Below, piece after piece: positions 13,201 through 27,460 of a stretch of DNA of 64,000 nucleotides. The notes under the pieces were generated by a model that was given only the letters and a program-made list of their open reading frames with translations, made no database searches and had not been told where the DNA came from. Origin of the DNA: Trichoplax adhaerens (Eukaryota > Animalia > Placozoa); NCBI RefSeq assembly GCF_000150275.1, contig NW_002060976.1, positions 67,626-131,625 of the forward strand, read 5' to 3'. Within the stretch, counting starts at the first letter, position 1. Every line of letters starts with the position of its first letter. A program made the position numbers and the translations under genes.

Positions 13201-16200
13201 TAAACAAAGGATCCTTTATTGGTTCACTACTGTTTATAAGTGCAATTCTTACGTTAAACTATAAACTTATTTCCATACTAGATGATAGCATGTTTAGGTT
13301 TGGCAGCACTCATCCTGAACCTGACTTGTAAACTGTGCTACTTATTTTTATAGGATAATTTAAGATTTGACGATTATCAATGGCAGAATTATTTAAAGAA
13401 CTTAAAACCAATCGTGCGTATCGTACCGTATTTTTATATTGATTACAACTATTGTGATTCGCATCCTGCTAGTTAATACATTTAGTTTCTGCTATGATCC
13501 TATTGTGTACGCAATTAAAATTACAATTGACAATTTTGGGTACATCAATTTCAGTCGAGATAAATTTTGTTCCTTGTATGAATTGCGACATGAAATAGGG
13601 ATTAAATGCCTTGGTCACAATATCCAATCTATCAAATCATAATAAATTGAACATTCCTGATAAGGCTTTTGGCATCAAAACTTCACTGCCTATCACGATT
13701 TATGAATGGTCAGCTACGCTATAATATCCATAATTTTCTTAAACGCAGTAGTTTAAATTTAATAAATTTCTTTACTAGTCTTATACGAGTAATTCTTCCC
13801 TGAAATTTATAATAATTTCAGGAGCTTAAGGCAGCTAAGTTTGGCAATAGGATTCTCTGAGGGTGCCAAGAAGGCGTTTAAGCAATATGTAGAAATTTAC
13901 TATATTGATAAAGTGCAAAAGGTTTAGATGTTTCTTAATTAATTAAAAATGAATATAGCATTATCAATAATGATCTAGTGATAGATGTTCTGGCTATCTA
14001 TCGTTAATAGTTAAAATATACTGATATCGTAAATTGTTGTTATTACTGTTTCCTTTATTTATCAATACGGTGGATTACATGTAGTATGTTAAACCTTTAA
14101 AACGATGTCGAGTGCCGTATATGTTGTCCGCATGTTTAATAGAAGAAAGCATTGGTAATTATATTGTTTATTACTTTAAAAACTAATTTTAACCATTTTA
14201 CTTTTTATGTTTTGCTAAGTTATTTATACTTTACAGGAAATGTACAAATGTTCAGTCAGGGTGGTGCTACCATCACTCTTGATCGGTGCTCCGAATATTG
14301 GACAGGCAGTGGTATCTGTAAATTGCCTGTAAATAGTGGGTTAGTCAGATATTTACGAGATCTTGAGTGGAAATTAGAGTATTGACGAAACCTTTAACAT
14401 TTTCGGATCAAGGCTTCGAAAAGCAATTCTGGATGTTTTCAGACGTAATAATTCTACGGGATATTGCCTAATTCTTGCTTACAAGCCAATTGTCGAAGTT
14501 AGTCCATGAAATTTGGGATATGATAATTACGTAACATCAAGTTGGGGTATCTCGCCTAGATTCTAATAACTTGATGTTTTATGATTCAATCTAATCAGAA
14601 AATTTCAAATTTCAAAAATCGCTGCTTAGTAAGTCGACGAGTATCATTAGTCGAATCTAATCTTCCCCCACAGTATGAAACGTAAGTAAAGTAAATACAT
14701 AATATAACCTCTAATAGCAGCGCATAACTCGTTTGGGATTTGCACGTTAGGTATGCGATGATTAATAGCCAAACAGACAGTAGCCACAGGAAGCAGGTAT
14801 CCGTTAATAATTAATAATTATATGTATAAGTTGTGAACATGATTGTAATCATATTAATTAATCTTATAATATTTACAATATACAGTCTAGCAGTGATGCA
14901 TCTACCGATCATCTGAGTAATAAGAAATTAGTAGGTTCTGATGAAGAGGCAGTTCTGAGGTTCGTTTCAGATTCGCTGTTCTATAGTAGAATATTTTTGA
15001 TTTTCATTTGTTCATTATTGTTTAGGTTGTTAGAATCGCAAATTTTTATTGGTATGCTATGCTTTGAGCACGAAGTGAGACAGGTATAATACTCAACACA
15101 CGATAGAATTAAGCATCTGCAGTAAATAGCTTTTCCACAAAGGCTACTAACATCGTATTGCGATTATTGTAAACCCATTTTAATTAATTATTTTAACCCA
15201 TTTACTTGCATTTTTGTAATAGAATGTGGTTTCGTTGATTGAGCACCTTGATCATGCTGGTATAAGATTTGTATTATTTTCATCCGAGAATGAAATAAAG
15301 AGTAGGGTTAGTTAAAAAGTTGTAATAACCAGCTGCTTTTATACATTAATTTTAGTTTTAATGAGTATTTATAAAATCCATTGTCTGTTTACCATTTCAG
15401 GCATTTTCGAAAAAGCTTGGTCTCGAAACGGGATGGAATTGCCATATTTCACTTATGGAGCCGGAAAATAATCTTCGTAAAAGGACTGATACAAACTGTG
15501 GCATTGACTTAGATGATAGTAATTTAGATAACGATGAATTTGAAGCTACACATGAATATCACACTTCTACGGCGGTACGTAGTAATTGGTTTCTATTTGT
15601 GTTTATCATGAATTGAAAGAATGATTTGTAAATTATAGGCCAAATTACCTTGTGGTACTGCTGCAATTCGACCACATCTGGAAACCGTCGACGATGTACC
15701 GTTATTGGTGCCACTATTTACGGATTGCACTCATGAAGGTACCTTTGCATTGTTGAAATATTCATATTTTATGTTCATTACAAGACTTTGGTAGTTATAC
15801 ATCCCGTTGTGATTCATGTCATCTTGAAATGTAGCTTCATTAGAAATGATCACGATCATGCAAGAATACAATGAAATAACGTGTTGTGTAGGAAGTTCCA
15901 TGAACTGTGAAAATTCCAAATTATTTTCCAGATCTGATATTAGGTAGAAGCGAATAATACCGTAATACCAAATTGTGCACTGTAGATAGTTATTAGCATA
16001 TTCCAATTTTCATTGTTTTGATTACCATTTTACAAAAATCGCAAACCTCAATTCCTGCATCGCAGCATAGCTGTAAATCCTGAATTTCCAAAGCATTGCG
16101 AGAATATATCTGACGAAGATCGAGATCATTCCGTTAGCTATGAAGGTAGTTACAAGTGCAATAAATTTAAGATAGGCACTTTTATTGTGGCAAGTTACTA

Positions 16201-17738
16201 ATGCTTATTGGGTGTTTACCTAGGCAAAACACCCTTGGTGATAAGCTCTTTACTGAATACTTTTTGCTGTCCATTGTTGTATGATTGTAATAATTATGTG
16301 GAAGTGATTGAAGTCATGAAGGAGGTAAATTACATTTTTCCCTTTCCATTTATAATAAATGAAAAATTAAATACCATATCATACCAACTTTGTTATTAGG
16401 CCAGAATTTTGTGTTATGGTCTCCATTCTTGCTGTCTGTTTCTGGTTTCTTGCCAAATCTCTTTATCGCTATTGTTGTTGCTAAGCTCATTCTTACTAAT
16501 GCCACCCCCATTAGCCGGATATCACATTTTATGGTTTACTTGCGCTATCATCCCACTTATCGGAACTCCGTTGATATTATCACGCAGCTCCCATGATATG
16601 ATGTCGCTAATGACCGGAAAAAATAACCAGCATCGCAAGGTATGCCGACTTGTAAGAATTAATGGACAATTCTTTCTTACAGGAAATTTGAGATAACTTT
16701 GCTGCACCAATAATTATCAACTGTGCGAGCAATCATTGTACCTGAGACAATTAATTCATTTGCAGAATAAGAAGATGAAAGCTATGTACCTGCTATTGAG
16801 ATTTGTCCCATCGGTGATAGTCTCCCTTATATGCTATTATCTCACATTAAATTTTAATTGTAATAAAAACAGTGGTGGTGAGTGCCACTTTTTGTTAGGG
16901 AATAGGTGAGTTGGGTGTTGATTCGAACATAAAATCAACCGCAGCTATGTACTATGTACTAGAATTTATAACATAATTATCAATGATTTAATACTAATTT
17001 ATTGCTTAATCTGTGCTGCGATTTGGTTTAGAAATAAATCTGGTAATGGTTCATGGAATGGATGGTTGACGACCAATCATCGGGAGCTTACTATTGCTCA
17101 AAATCAAACGTTTGCACTCATGTGTATCTATTTCGGTAGGTCTTATATTCTGAAATAGAATAATATTATTGAATGGCTGACAATGAAATACTCTTGGATA
17201 TATTTATTGCAGTGGAGATATCGATAGGTTTTGTAGATACATTTAATCTAAGAATTTGGCGATCTCCTTTTTCCAATCGCACTTGGCTAATTTCATGCAC
17301 CATCTCGTAAGGAATCTTTGTCCTTTCAGTTTATTGAGTTAGCAGTGAAGTTTTGTATAGTTGATTATTACTACCATCAAATGTGTTAACGCTATCGAAT
17401 TATAATTAAAACCAGGATTCTGTTGGGACTGTTAATAGTCGTTGTAAATACTGCAGCGAACATGGTCGAATTTGATTTGTTTAGAATAGTTCCGACCTCT
17501 GTCTTTATTATATCGACGTCTTGGTCGTTGGTTGTTTTAGTTTTAAACGAAATTGTAAAATATTATGATATCAGGTACCAAGGGCAAATTAATAGTGTTT
17601 TGTGCATTAAATCATAATGTTTTTATGTCATTAATATTCATAATGGAATGGTTTCTTGTTTAAAGGCTTCAAGTACGATTCCAGAAACGAGAGAGACTAA
17701 AATTTGATACGAAACTTGGCATGAATTCTCCTTTTTAA
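10228..17738 (+). CDS. TMEM94: Transmembrane protein 94 (KIAA0195, P-type ATPase-like); more than 25 small exons; start codon not resolved (in-frame ATG at 10192 or a further upstream exon)
   Basis: Exon peptides GLDSRTAFEKL, WAYRDGNIVNLPQNLLVEEDVILLAPGQ, RFDDYQWQNYLKNLKPIGLN, AGIRFVLFSSENEIKSR, KLGLETGWNCHISL, AKLPCGTAAIRPHLETVDDVPLLVPLFTDCT and the C-terminus KFDTKLGMNSPF* (stop 17736-17738) match TMEM94. Confidence 0.92.
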
Positions 17739-20700
17739 AATTTAATTCATGAATTTTACTATTGTGATTATTAACATTGATTGATGAAACTTTTAACAAA
17801 TTTCGGTGATTTAATCTGATTTGGAACCTTAATTTTGTACATAGGAATAATGATAACGTAAATTAGATTTATTATCTCAATTGTATGTAAGAGAACAGCG
17901 ACCAGATAAATTTTTATTACCATTTCATTGTTGATAACTGAATAGACAAACTTTATTCAAAATCACCTTCCGAATGAGAAATAAAGAATCTTTTTTCAAA
18001 CTGTAAAATTATATCGTCGTCATTGATAATGATATGATCCGTAAGCTACCGCTGATATTATTACTTACCTAATCACTAGCTTTCAGCACGTAGATGATAC
18101 GATGAAATTATACATACCGTCATAGATAACGGTATTATCAACAAATACCAGAGTTTGTTATCTAATGAAAATTAAGATAAGCATTAGTTTACAAAAATCT
18201 CTTCATGACAGAATATATGTATGCTACAGCAAATAAACAATACGAGTATAACGCTAAAGGTTGCCCAAGAGCTACCGATACGTAATCGGAAGCTACAAAA
18301 GATTCTGTCACTAGTACAATTTCATTGTGCGGTTTGATTATTACTTTAGTGAGGATTAATTTTGCTATCCAACAATTGTGAAATTTTAATTTCTATTGCC
18401 AATAATTAATTGAGGCCAGAAGATTAATCATATCTATAAGAACAACGTTGGTGCTGCTGCTTACCTTTATATACAGGTAATGAAATGTTTTAATACAACA
18501 ATATATTAAGTATCGATGTTGTTTGTTTACTCGTTTTTTGATAGGTATAACTGGCATATTTTCAAACAGTTAATGTCTTCATTCATTAAGAAATGGATGA
18601 ATGAATTATTAATGCAAGTTAGTGTTGATGTTTGTTATTTTAAAATAGTCTTAATGATAATCTTCCATAGGAATAGAAATAACGTTGCAATAGCTTAGTT
18701 CTCGCTTCTTGATTTCCTTATGTCTATTTATTACAAATTAATGTAAACTGTCTCAGCAATACTTTCAGATAACTGAATACGTCGGCAATAAAAGATTTGC
18801 AATCAGTTTATAAGCAAATATTTTAAATTGTTTCTATCAGAATTATGGTTGATAAGTTGTGGATGAATTTAAACCAATGCTTACGTAACTATTAGACCGT
18901 GCTCAGTAAGCCTAATTTTGAATTTAAATTTAGCTAATTTTTAGTCATTGCTTTCAAATTCTGGGTAAATCTGCTGTAAAATACCCTTCTGAAATAGTGT
19001 ATCTAGCTAATAAAGGGGTTTATTTTTCGGCTAAGTTTAGGTATTCCTATATTCAGAGTCATTTGCTGTAAGCCAGAATAAACTTGATCTACAAAAGCAA
19101 TACTTACGAAATAAGCTAAGTTAAATAGACGTAGGTATCGTTTTTTTTTAGCTTGAATTTGATTTCATTCAGATCTTGATGAATATAAATCAGCATAATT
19201 GTGTAATAAACTATAGTAACATTTCTCCAGATCGGTATGAATCTGAAAGCTAAACACAGTCTCGAGCCAATACTATGGTTGAGATGAGTTTGGCTTCACG
19301 TTTTAGATATTTCTGCTGTAATGGATAATAGAATTTGGAAACATTGAATCAAAACGTAAGAATAAGTTATTGAGCTGGGCTAAATGAGTGCCAGTCTAAC
19401 TGAAATTTTATCCCTTGTAGTCACAATTTGCCATGAATGTATTACTAAGATATGTAGAACTGGAATCAAAGCGTACTATTGAATTTGGTGGCCTATGCTA
19501 AGACACCTTTCAATCAAAATGAAGCTTTGCTGTAATTATGCTTTATGGCAGAACTTTAACCTTAAAATAACACTGGAGTTTGCTAGAAGCTAAGTGTTGA
19601 TAATTTTGCTTTTTTTTACAGTAGCATTCTTTTAGGATCAACTAATTGATAGCGAAAAAAGTGGTGAAGACTGCATATCAAAGTTGTTATCTGTAAACTT
19701 CAAGAAAATATGTAGAAATTACTGAATGCGTTTATTTAAAATATAACTAAGATCTTCTACAATAAATAATGACGCAATCCGAACCATACTATAAAATCTT
19801 AGGTTACAGGCATACTTTTGAGATCAGTAAGTTATTATTGTGATGGATTCATTTCGATGGAAAGGCTATAATGCTAATTCTCCCGTCAACGAATTTAATC
19901 CGAACTGGGCAAGTTATCGGAGGACTAATAATTACTTGTATTAATTTGTACTAAGGAACGAAAATAAAAACTGTCAAAGTCGTGAGTAGTCTCACAGCAA
20001 ACCTGGTCAACACTCAACAAATGAATCCCGCCTTCCCACCCTATAAACAAGCAATGCGGGGGTATTTATTTATTTAAACTATTGTTAGATGACTCTGATT
20101 ATGGGTTCATTTCAATAGGTCAGTATAAGATTCTTACGGTACTTTTTACCTCAAGATTTCTTCATGTAAAACGAATAGCTCTAAAGTAGTCATTTCTGCA
20201 GAGTACTGATTATTAAAATAGTATTCGTTTATATCGGTAAGGGTGGCCACTGGGCCTTTCAATTTTGATTTGATGTAATATTCTGATGAAAATTGAATAA
20301 ACAGAGAATTTTTATAGAGTTTTCTACACAGCCATTTTGATTGTTCCATTTTCTTATAACAGTTGTTATCGACTGAGTAAGCTTTGCTTGCATACTCAAG
20401 CGATCCTTAGATACATTATCATGATTGGTATAGAATTGACCACAGTACTAAGGACATAGTACCGCACTGTCGATATCTTACAGTACCTGCTAATCTTAAC
20501 TTGGTATGCCCATCCCCGTACATTAGTTATCATAATGTGCTTTGGACCATTAACTAATCTTAATATAGCATTTCATAGCATTTCATTTGTCAATGCATTA
20601 TTGACAAGTAGTATTCTACTGTACAAGCAAAGCTGCGAATATAGTTGTGCCTGGCTATTACCGGGATATAAATAAATATTGTCGAACGGCAATACTATCT

Positions 20701-20789
20701 GTTTATTATTAACAAATGGGTACATTATCGTAAACCGTCATCAAAGCGACGTGAGTTTGTACTAGTACTACATTAAATGCAAGGAACAC

Positions 20790-23480
20790 ATGGAAAACGA
20801 TTGTGAACAAGAGAGTAATGACTGCACGGATAAAATGTTGCAAAGTAGTCCTGATGACGAATCTGAAGAGATCTCAATTCAATATCGATATGGATGGGGT
20901 GCATTTCAGCCACGATGGCTACAACTTTTAAACCACCGATGGTGGCTTGTTATCGTCATTTGTGTGTATACTACTTTTGCTGGAATGCTGATGACTGGCT
21001 TTGCTGTGGGAACGATTACTTCGGTAGAGAAACGCTTCGGTCTGAGTAGTACAGAAACAGGATCAATGCCGTCGGCTGCAGAAATTTCTGGTGCAGTAAT
21101 TGGAGTCATAGCTAGTTATTGTGGCGATCGAGGGCACAAAGGGAGATATTTAAGCATTGGTGCTTTAGTTATGGCAGTAGGAGCATTTACTTATTCGATA
21201 CCCCACTTCGCTACTGGAAAATATGTTGTCGCTAGTTTCTCCAGTAATTATACTGATTTATGTCTTGTCAATTCATCACTATCATCAAGCACTTGTGATG
21301 CATCTTTACAAATTTTTGGTAGTTCCAATTTGCGTAATTTCTTTTTCCTCTTTCTAATCGCTGAGTTATTGATGGGTGCAGGCAATAACTTAATCTGGAG
21401 TATTGGCATTACGTATCTCGATGAGAATGTTCCCCCGGTCTCTTCGCCGTTATATGTTTCTGCGATCTACACTATTAGCATGATAGGGCCTTCACTTGGG
21501 TATATTATTGTCAGTATCTTTTTAAAAGTATTTGTTAACTGGCCAGAGGCAGCACCACCAGGTAGATTGAATTGTTAAGCATAGTTGTTTAGTTGATTGA
21601 ATTATTAGCACTTCGTAATAACTACTTTCATCAATGTCCTATACTGCATGATAACTAATAAATTGACAATCGCTTGTGAACCATAAAGGATTAATACCTG
21701 CGGATGCGCGATGGATTGGTGCGTGGTGGCTGTCTTTCGTTATCTCTGCTGCTTGCTTGACTGCTGCTTCTATTCCTCTTTTTGGATTTCCACGTGAATT
21801 ACCTGGTTATGAAGCATATAAACGGACGCGACAAGAACAAGCTAAAGCTACTAACAGAGTTGATAAAGGATACGGCAATAGCGTTTCAGATTTTCTAAAA
21901 GCTAGTCGTGATTTATTCAAGAACATTCCGTTTGTATGTTTAACAATTACTGGAACATTTGATTTTATCGCAGTCAATGGCATTGGTTGGTTTTTTCCAA
22001 AGATTTTAGAGACACAGTTTCATTTATCTCCTTCTGAAGCCAGTCTTACCGTAGGTTACATTAGTATAATTGGAGGCTGCATTGGCATGTTGTTGGTGAG
22101 CAATGAATCAGTAATTGTAATTATATTGAGGGACAATAAAACTCATTGCTACTAATCTAAATTAAAATTTCTGGTACTTGCTTGACAATTCTTGTCATAA
22201 TGTTTCAACTTAGGGTGGACTACTTTTAAGAGCCTTCAAATTGAAAGGTCGTGGTGCAGCCAAATTAACTTGGATTATTAGTATATGTGATTGCATAGCT
22301 TTTACTGTTTTCTTACTCGGCTGTAGTAATCTTCCATTTGCTGGAGTGAATAGTCCTTACGGTAGTAATTCGTCGGTTACATTGTAAGTAATCTATCCTA
22401 TTGCTTTCATAAATATCTATTTTCTATTGTTTTATGCTGATGTATAACACGTACTTCATGATCTAGGAATCCAAGGATAAATACAGTTAATTTAACTGCA
22501 TCCTGTAATACTAATTGTATGTGTAATAGCGTTAAATATAATGCAATATGTGGATCCGATGGTACAACCTATTACTCGCCATGCCATGCCGGCTGCACCA
22601 GTAGCTATTTCGATAGCAACCGTACTACAACAGTATGTTACTTTAATAAGTAAATTACTTTTAATATACTACTTCGATGAATGACAAATAGCTGTATTCT
22701 AAAGCAGGTGCTCCGATAGTAATTGCTCTGTGTTATGATTATTGTATAGTTAATATATTGCTGCATTTATACGTTTAGGCAAATGTGTATAGACAGAGCA
22801 GATACTAGCATTTATTCGCTGTATATATACGCCTATTATTGATATTGAAATTCTATTTGTTTAAGATTTACCACAACTGCAGTTGTATTCAGAATGTTAA
22901 TCGGACAAGATATAGTTACGACGCTATCCAAGGATCATGTATCTCAGAATGTCCACAATATACGCTATTTGTGATTGGTATTTCTATTTCAATGGTCTCT
23001 GTTATGGCTAAAACTGTTCCAGCAATCGAAGCCATATTGAGGTAAACGAATTCATTGTAGATAAAATACTGGCAGTGTCTGGATTGTTTTTTATTCTAAT
23101 CTATTATCATATTATCCATGATAATTAGGTGTGTTGCTGATGATCAAAGATCTTATGGTCTAGGACTTATGTCATCGCTGGTACGGATAACTGGAAATAT
23201 ACCAGGTCCGCTCATTATTGGAGCTTTCATTGATCAATCGTGTATCTTATGGACACAAGAATGCACTTCCACTCGTACATGTTGGTTATATGATAGTAGA
23301 AACTTGGCGAAATACCTTTATGGTTCGATGATTTTTGTCAAGATCGTATCTACAACATTTTATGTGTTGTCTTGGTGGTTCTATGACAAAGGTAGCGGTA
23401 AGAGTTTAGAAGAAGAAAATAATTTACTGGATATTCCGCTTGAAGATGCGAATAACTCTACCGAAACACCTCAAGTTTAA
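20790..23480 (+). CDS. SLCO: SLCO/OATP copy B; exons 20790-21561, 21689-22095, 22214-22383, 22467-22632, 22866-23041, 23129-23480
   Basis: Same OATP motifs (DARWIGAWW, CGSDGTTYYSPCHAGC) and the same intron positions and phases as copy A. Confidence 0.93.
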
Positions 23481-24799
23481 GTAGTCGAATATAAAACAAT
23501 ATTCATAGAATATCAGTTTCTTAATTTGGCAAAATTATAAATAATATTGACCAAACCTCTTTGAAGTTTCAAAAATGACATTTAGATGGACATTTATCGA
23601 AGTATGTAAATACAGTACTGCATGTCAATATGACATCCTTTAATATAGTAGCATTATCAACGTTACTCCTTTTTTTGTGAATTTTACGCAAGTAACCATG
23701 TATTATGATATTTTTATTCTAATGTTGAGCGTTAATTGATAGTAAAATAGTAGATTAGCCAATCTTGTTTTATAAAAATGATTACTAAGCACTATTTTAG
23801 CCTTGGCAAGTAAGGAAATTTAATAAATCTCCTGCTATAATATGTAACTCCAATAATGTAAGTAATCTTGACGAATCAAGTCAAATGGTCTGGATCATTA
23901 CTTATAATGCTGAAGTGGTCATACGTTGAGCAATTTCACCTGAATTAGGCCTGGAATTTTATGAGCGCTTTTTATATTTAATTTTTATCAATTCTAACTT
24001 TCTCCAAAATGATGGAACATGTTTACATTTGTTAGGAGTCCGATCTTTGATTGGAGAACAAGCTAAAATAGATTTATGTCATCACAGTGATGTATCGCGT
24101 ATTTAATTGTATTGATAGATACATTTAATATAGTTTAATTTCCAAAATTAGATGTTACTACGATGCTAATATAAGATTATTACTAATTATTTTATTAGAC
24201 ATTGTTGATTATCCATATTAGTAAGTTAACTAACTTTAGTGCAAGACTTATATGATTTGATGTACGGTAATAGTGAAGATACTCAATACCCTATTGTGAT
24301 AGACTTTAATAGAATGATGATATTTTAAACCGATTAATTTGCACAAGGCTACATTTTGTATATATATTGTTATGTAATTATTTATTTGAAGGAAAATGTT
24401 TTATCTTATAACCAAAGTTTGATTTAAAACAACCTCGTTACTATAAATAGATGGAGTTAAATGAATTTCAGAACTGCAAATATGATCTGGGACTATAGTT
24501 CTTTAGAGCTTAAAATATTATACATTAGATTCATGCTACTAGTTAACTATTGCTCATTGTTCTTAAACCCTGTAATAAAACTTTTTCAATTCTATCTTGG
24601 CTCAGCCAATTGATTTGTTTCAATTAGATGTTTTTGGACTAGACAGAACAGTTTGAGATAAATAAATTGTATCACCGTCATATTGTCCGCGCACAAACAT
24701 AAATAAAAGCAAGCATTTTCTCTACTTGCTTTTCCATTATCGTATCAAAGATACAATCGAATTTGGATTTGGATTTATATATTAGGTGTAAATAGATCT

Positions 24800-25775
24800 C
24801 ATCTAAGTCAAGGTTTTGAGCGAGACATACATTTAATAGGCTATCTTGCAACGTTAAAGCCCTATGTTTGCCTACAATTGTGTGCTTATATCATGCTTTG
24901 GGCTGAAATTGCTAGACAATATCCGCTTTAATAACTTTACGAATACTGAAAATACTGTAATATAATGATGATCTCTCCAAATCTTCTACTATGTACTATA
25001 GCCTATTTTTATTCTCTAGCTTAGATAACTCAATTACATGCTTTTTGTTGGTTTTATGTATGAAGTTGTATATTATCCTACCCATGTTTAAGATTCTTTA
25101 ATCACCTTGATATCATAGGATCGGAATTTCTAATCAAGTCCTTCTGCTCTCTGATACAAAGTACAACTGAGCTCTCCCGCCAACTATGCTCTTCCTCTTC
25201 TTCAAGCTCATTTTATTGTAGGCGTATTGGTCAGCAGTAATACTATCAGGGACTGGTTAATAGTCTAGAGCGTTAACAGCAGCACTTTTATACGGCATTG
25301 AGGGCATTTTAGATTGTATTTCAGTGGTATAAGCAAGCTCAAGGTTAGATTATTGTAGACTTTTTTAAGATCGAATAAGAGAAGTCACTTGGTTGCATTA
25401 ACAGCTGCCTATTCCTACTTTAGCGTAGGCCAATATAGACTACTTTATTGAGTCTGACCGAATCATTTTAAATGCCTAGATATACAGCGAAATGCCGGCT
25501 AGAACAAGCACCATATTGAACATTTGAGCTGTTAAAACTCAGTTTCATGAAAAACTGAAATGCTTTATAGACTTTGCTATGTTCTTACATCAATACTTTT
25601 CAAAGAGTACAGCACTGAAGCAACAGATAAAAAATTCGTCTCTGATGAAAGTAATTGTTGATTGTTCGAATTTTCAATTGAAATCTTTTATCTAATAGGA
25701 CGTTGTGGTTCAGCGCTTCCATCATTGCTATTGGAGGCAAAGTTTGTTGTTGTAATAATGTTTCTTTCCATGTAA
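24800..25775 (-). pseudogene. Decayed coding remnant of unknown family (possibly TPR-like), paralogous to ~31150-31720
   Basis: The minus strand reads MERNIITTTNFASNSNDGSAEPQRPIR* followed by stop-ridden frames. 25372-25480 aligns by eye with 31592-31700. Confidence 0.3.
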
Positions 25776-27460
25776 TTTATAGTAATATTTGATTTAGCAA
25801 ATGAATATCTTGCCTCTTATGATGTCATATCAAATACCGAAACTAACTTTAAACTGAAATAAAATCAATTAATTATATAAGATCTTTAAGCTTCTGGTCG
25901 GAATTTGGCATGTAATTTTTATATTCTCAAGAAATATTATTGAATTCTTAAGAATAACAGTTAATGCATCCAATATTACAACTCCAAATTATTAACATTT
26001 CTTATGGAAATATACCATATTGGACTATCTAGATTAGCTCGTTAATGCTCTAAGATTGGATCAATATTAAAACAATTTAAAAATTCTCTACATCTTACAT
26101 AATATAATCACTTGCAAATAAATGTACAAGTTCTGTGTTATTTTTATTTATTTCATTTATAGATACTGATGTAATGACTTCCATCAATATTAAATATGCA
26201 AATTAAGGTAATGTTCCTTATATTCAGGACCGTATCATAAGATGATTTAATTAAACCGAACATTTGTCATCATATTTTACTCTAGAAGATGAACAGCATT
26301 ATAAAGCCGATGCAGGCATGCCCATGGGTTCTAGGTCATGGGAGAATTTTGGTTGTTTTAATCATGTTACCCTTTACTAAGATATCAGTTTTGGCCTAGT
26401 TTTGTGCTATATTTCTCATCGGCAATATCTATATTTCTAACTAAATAAATTGGTTCAATTGGTGGATCTAAAAGTTTCATGTGTAATTTCTAATAACCCA
26501 TTATTCAGTATGTGTCTCTAAAGCGATATATTATTTCCATGCTATTACTGCTGAAAATGAAGACAGCCTATAGTTAAGAAGGGCCTTAAATAATTTTTAA
26601 CCCTTGAATGAATTTTATTTACAACTATAGTATGTATCAGTACCAGATGCAGAAATGCCCACTTTTATAGCAATATTATTATTTTCCGACTGTTTTCCAT
26701 ATAGATTAAAGGTACTTTGAACCATTACCAAGCTGCTATTTTAATTATTTATTTGTTTCGACTTCTGTATGACAGGAAATCTGTAATAGTCGGATATGGT
26801 ATCTAACATAAACTATCATTAACACCTTTTGATTCATTAGCCTTATAAAGGCTTCGTTGATTATTACTTTGATGGCCATTTTTCATTCTAATACGTGGTA
26901 TGGATTCTGTAAGTAGCTCCTACTTAACGAAGCAACTGCATCACCATTCCAATGTACTTCCTTATAGTAAACACGAATAAATATAACCATAAATGAAAAC
27001 TGATACTAAGAAATTGCAATTTATGATATGTTATAATTACCTTGGCTTCTAAGAATTTAAAAGTTCATGGAGAAATGTAATAATACGTAATGATAGCATA
27101 TTATTACAAAATGGCATAGCCACCTGTAACCCATGGAAACAGAATACATATGGGCAAGGCCCATTGACAATGAACAATTGCAACGGAGAGATTATTGCAT
27201 TCAACTTTCGACCTTGTGTATAGAAAAATTTAAAACCTTCTTTTGCCTGGTTATTATTTGTACATGCTCTCAGAGCCAACGCCTAATGTTGGTTTAATTA
27301 CACGTGATATTTATGGCGTTATATCACAATAGGTTAAGCCAAAGAAATTAGTAATAGCTTAATTACCATTAGTATGATTTATCACTGATGTCATTCAAGG
27401 TGAGGTAATTGTTAATTGACATTAAAATCAGGACGAAATAAGGAAAACATTGTCGATATC

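Noticed and set aside
14797-14885. Possible U12-type intron in TMEM94 (GTATCCGT donor)
   Set aside because: The donor deviates from GTATCCTT and no TCCTTAAC branch site is present.
18750-19720. Possible LRR pseudogene debris
   Set aside because: Too decayed to support by eye.
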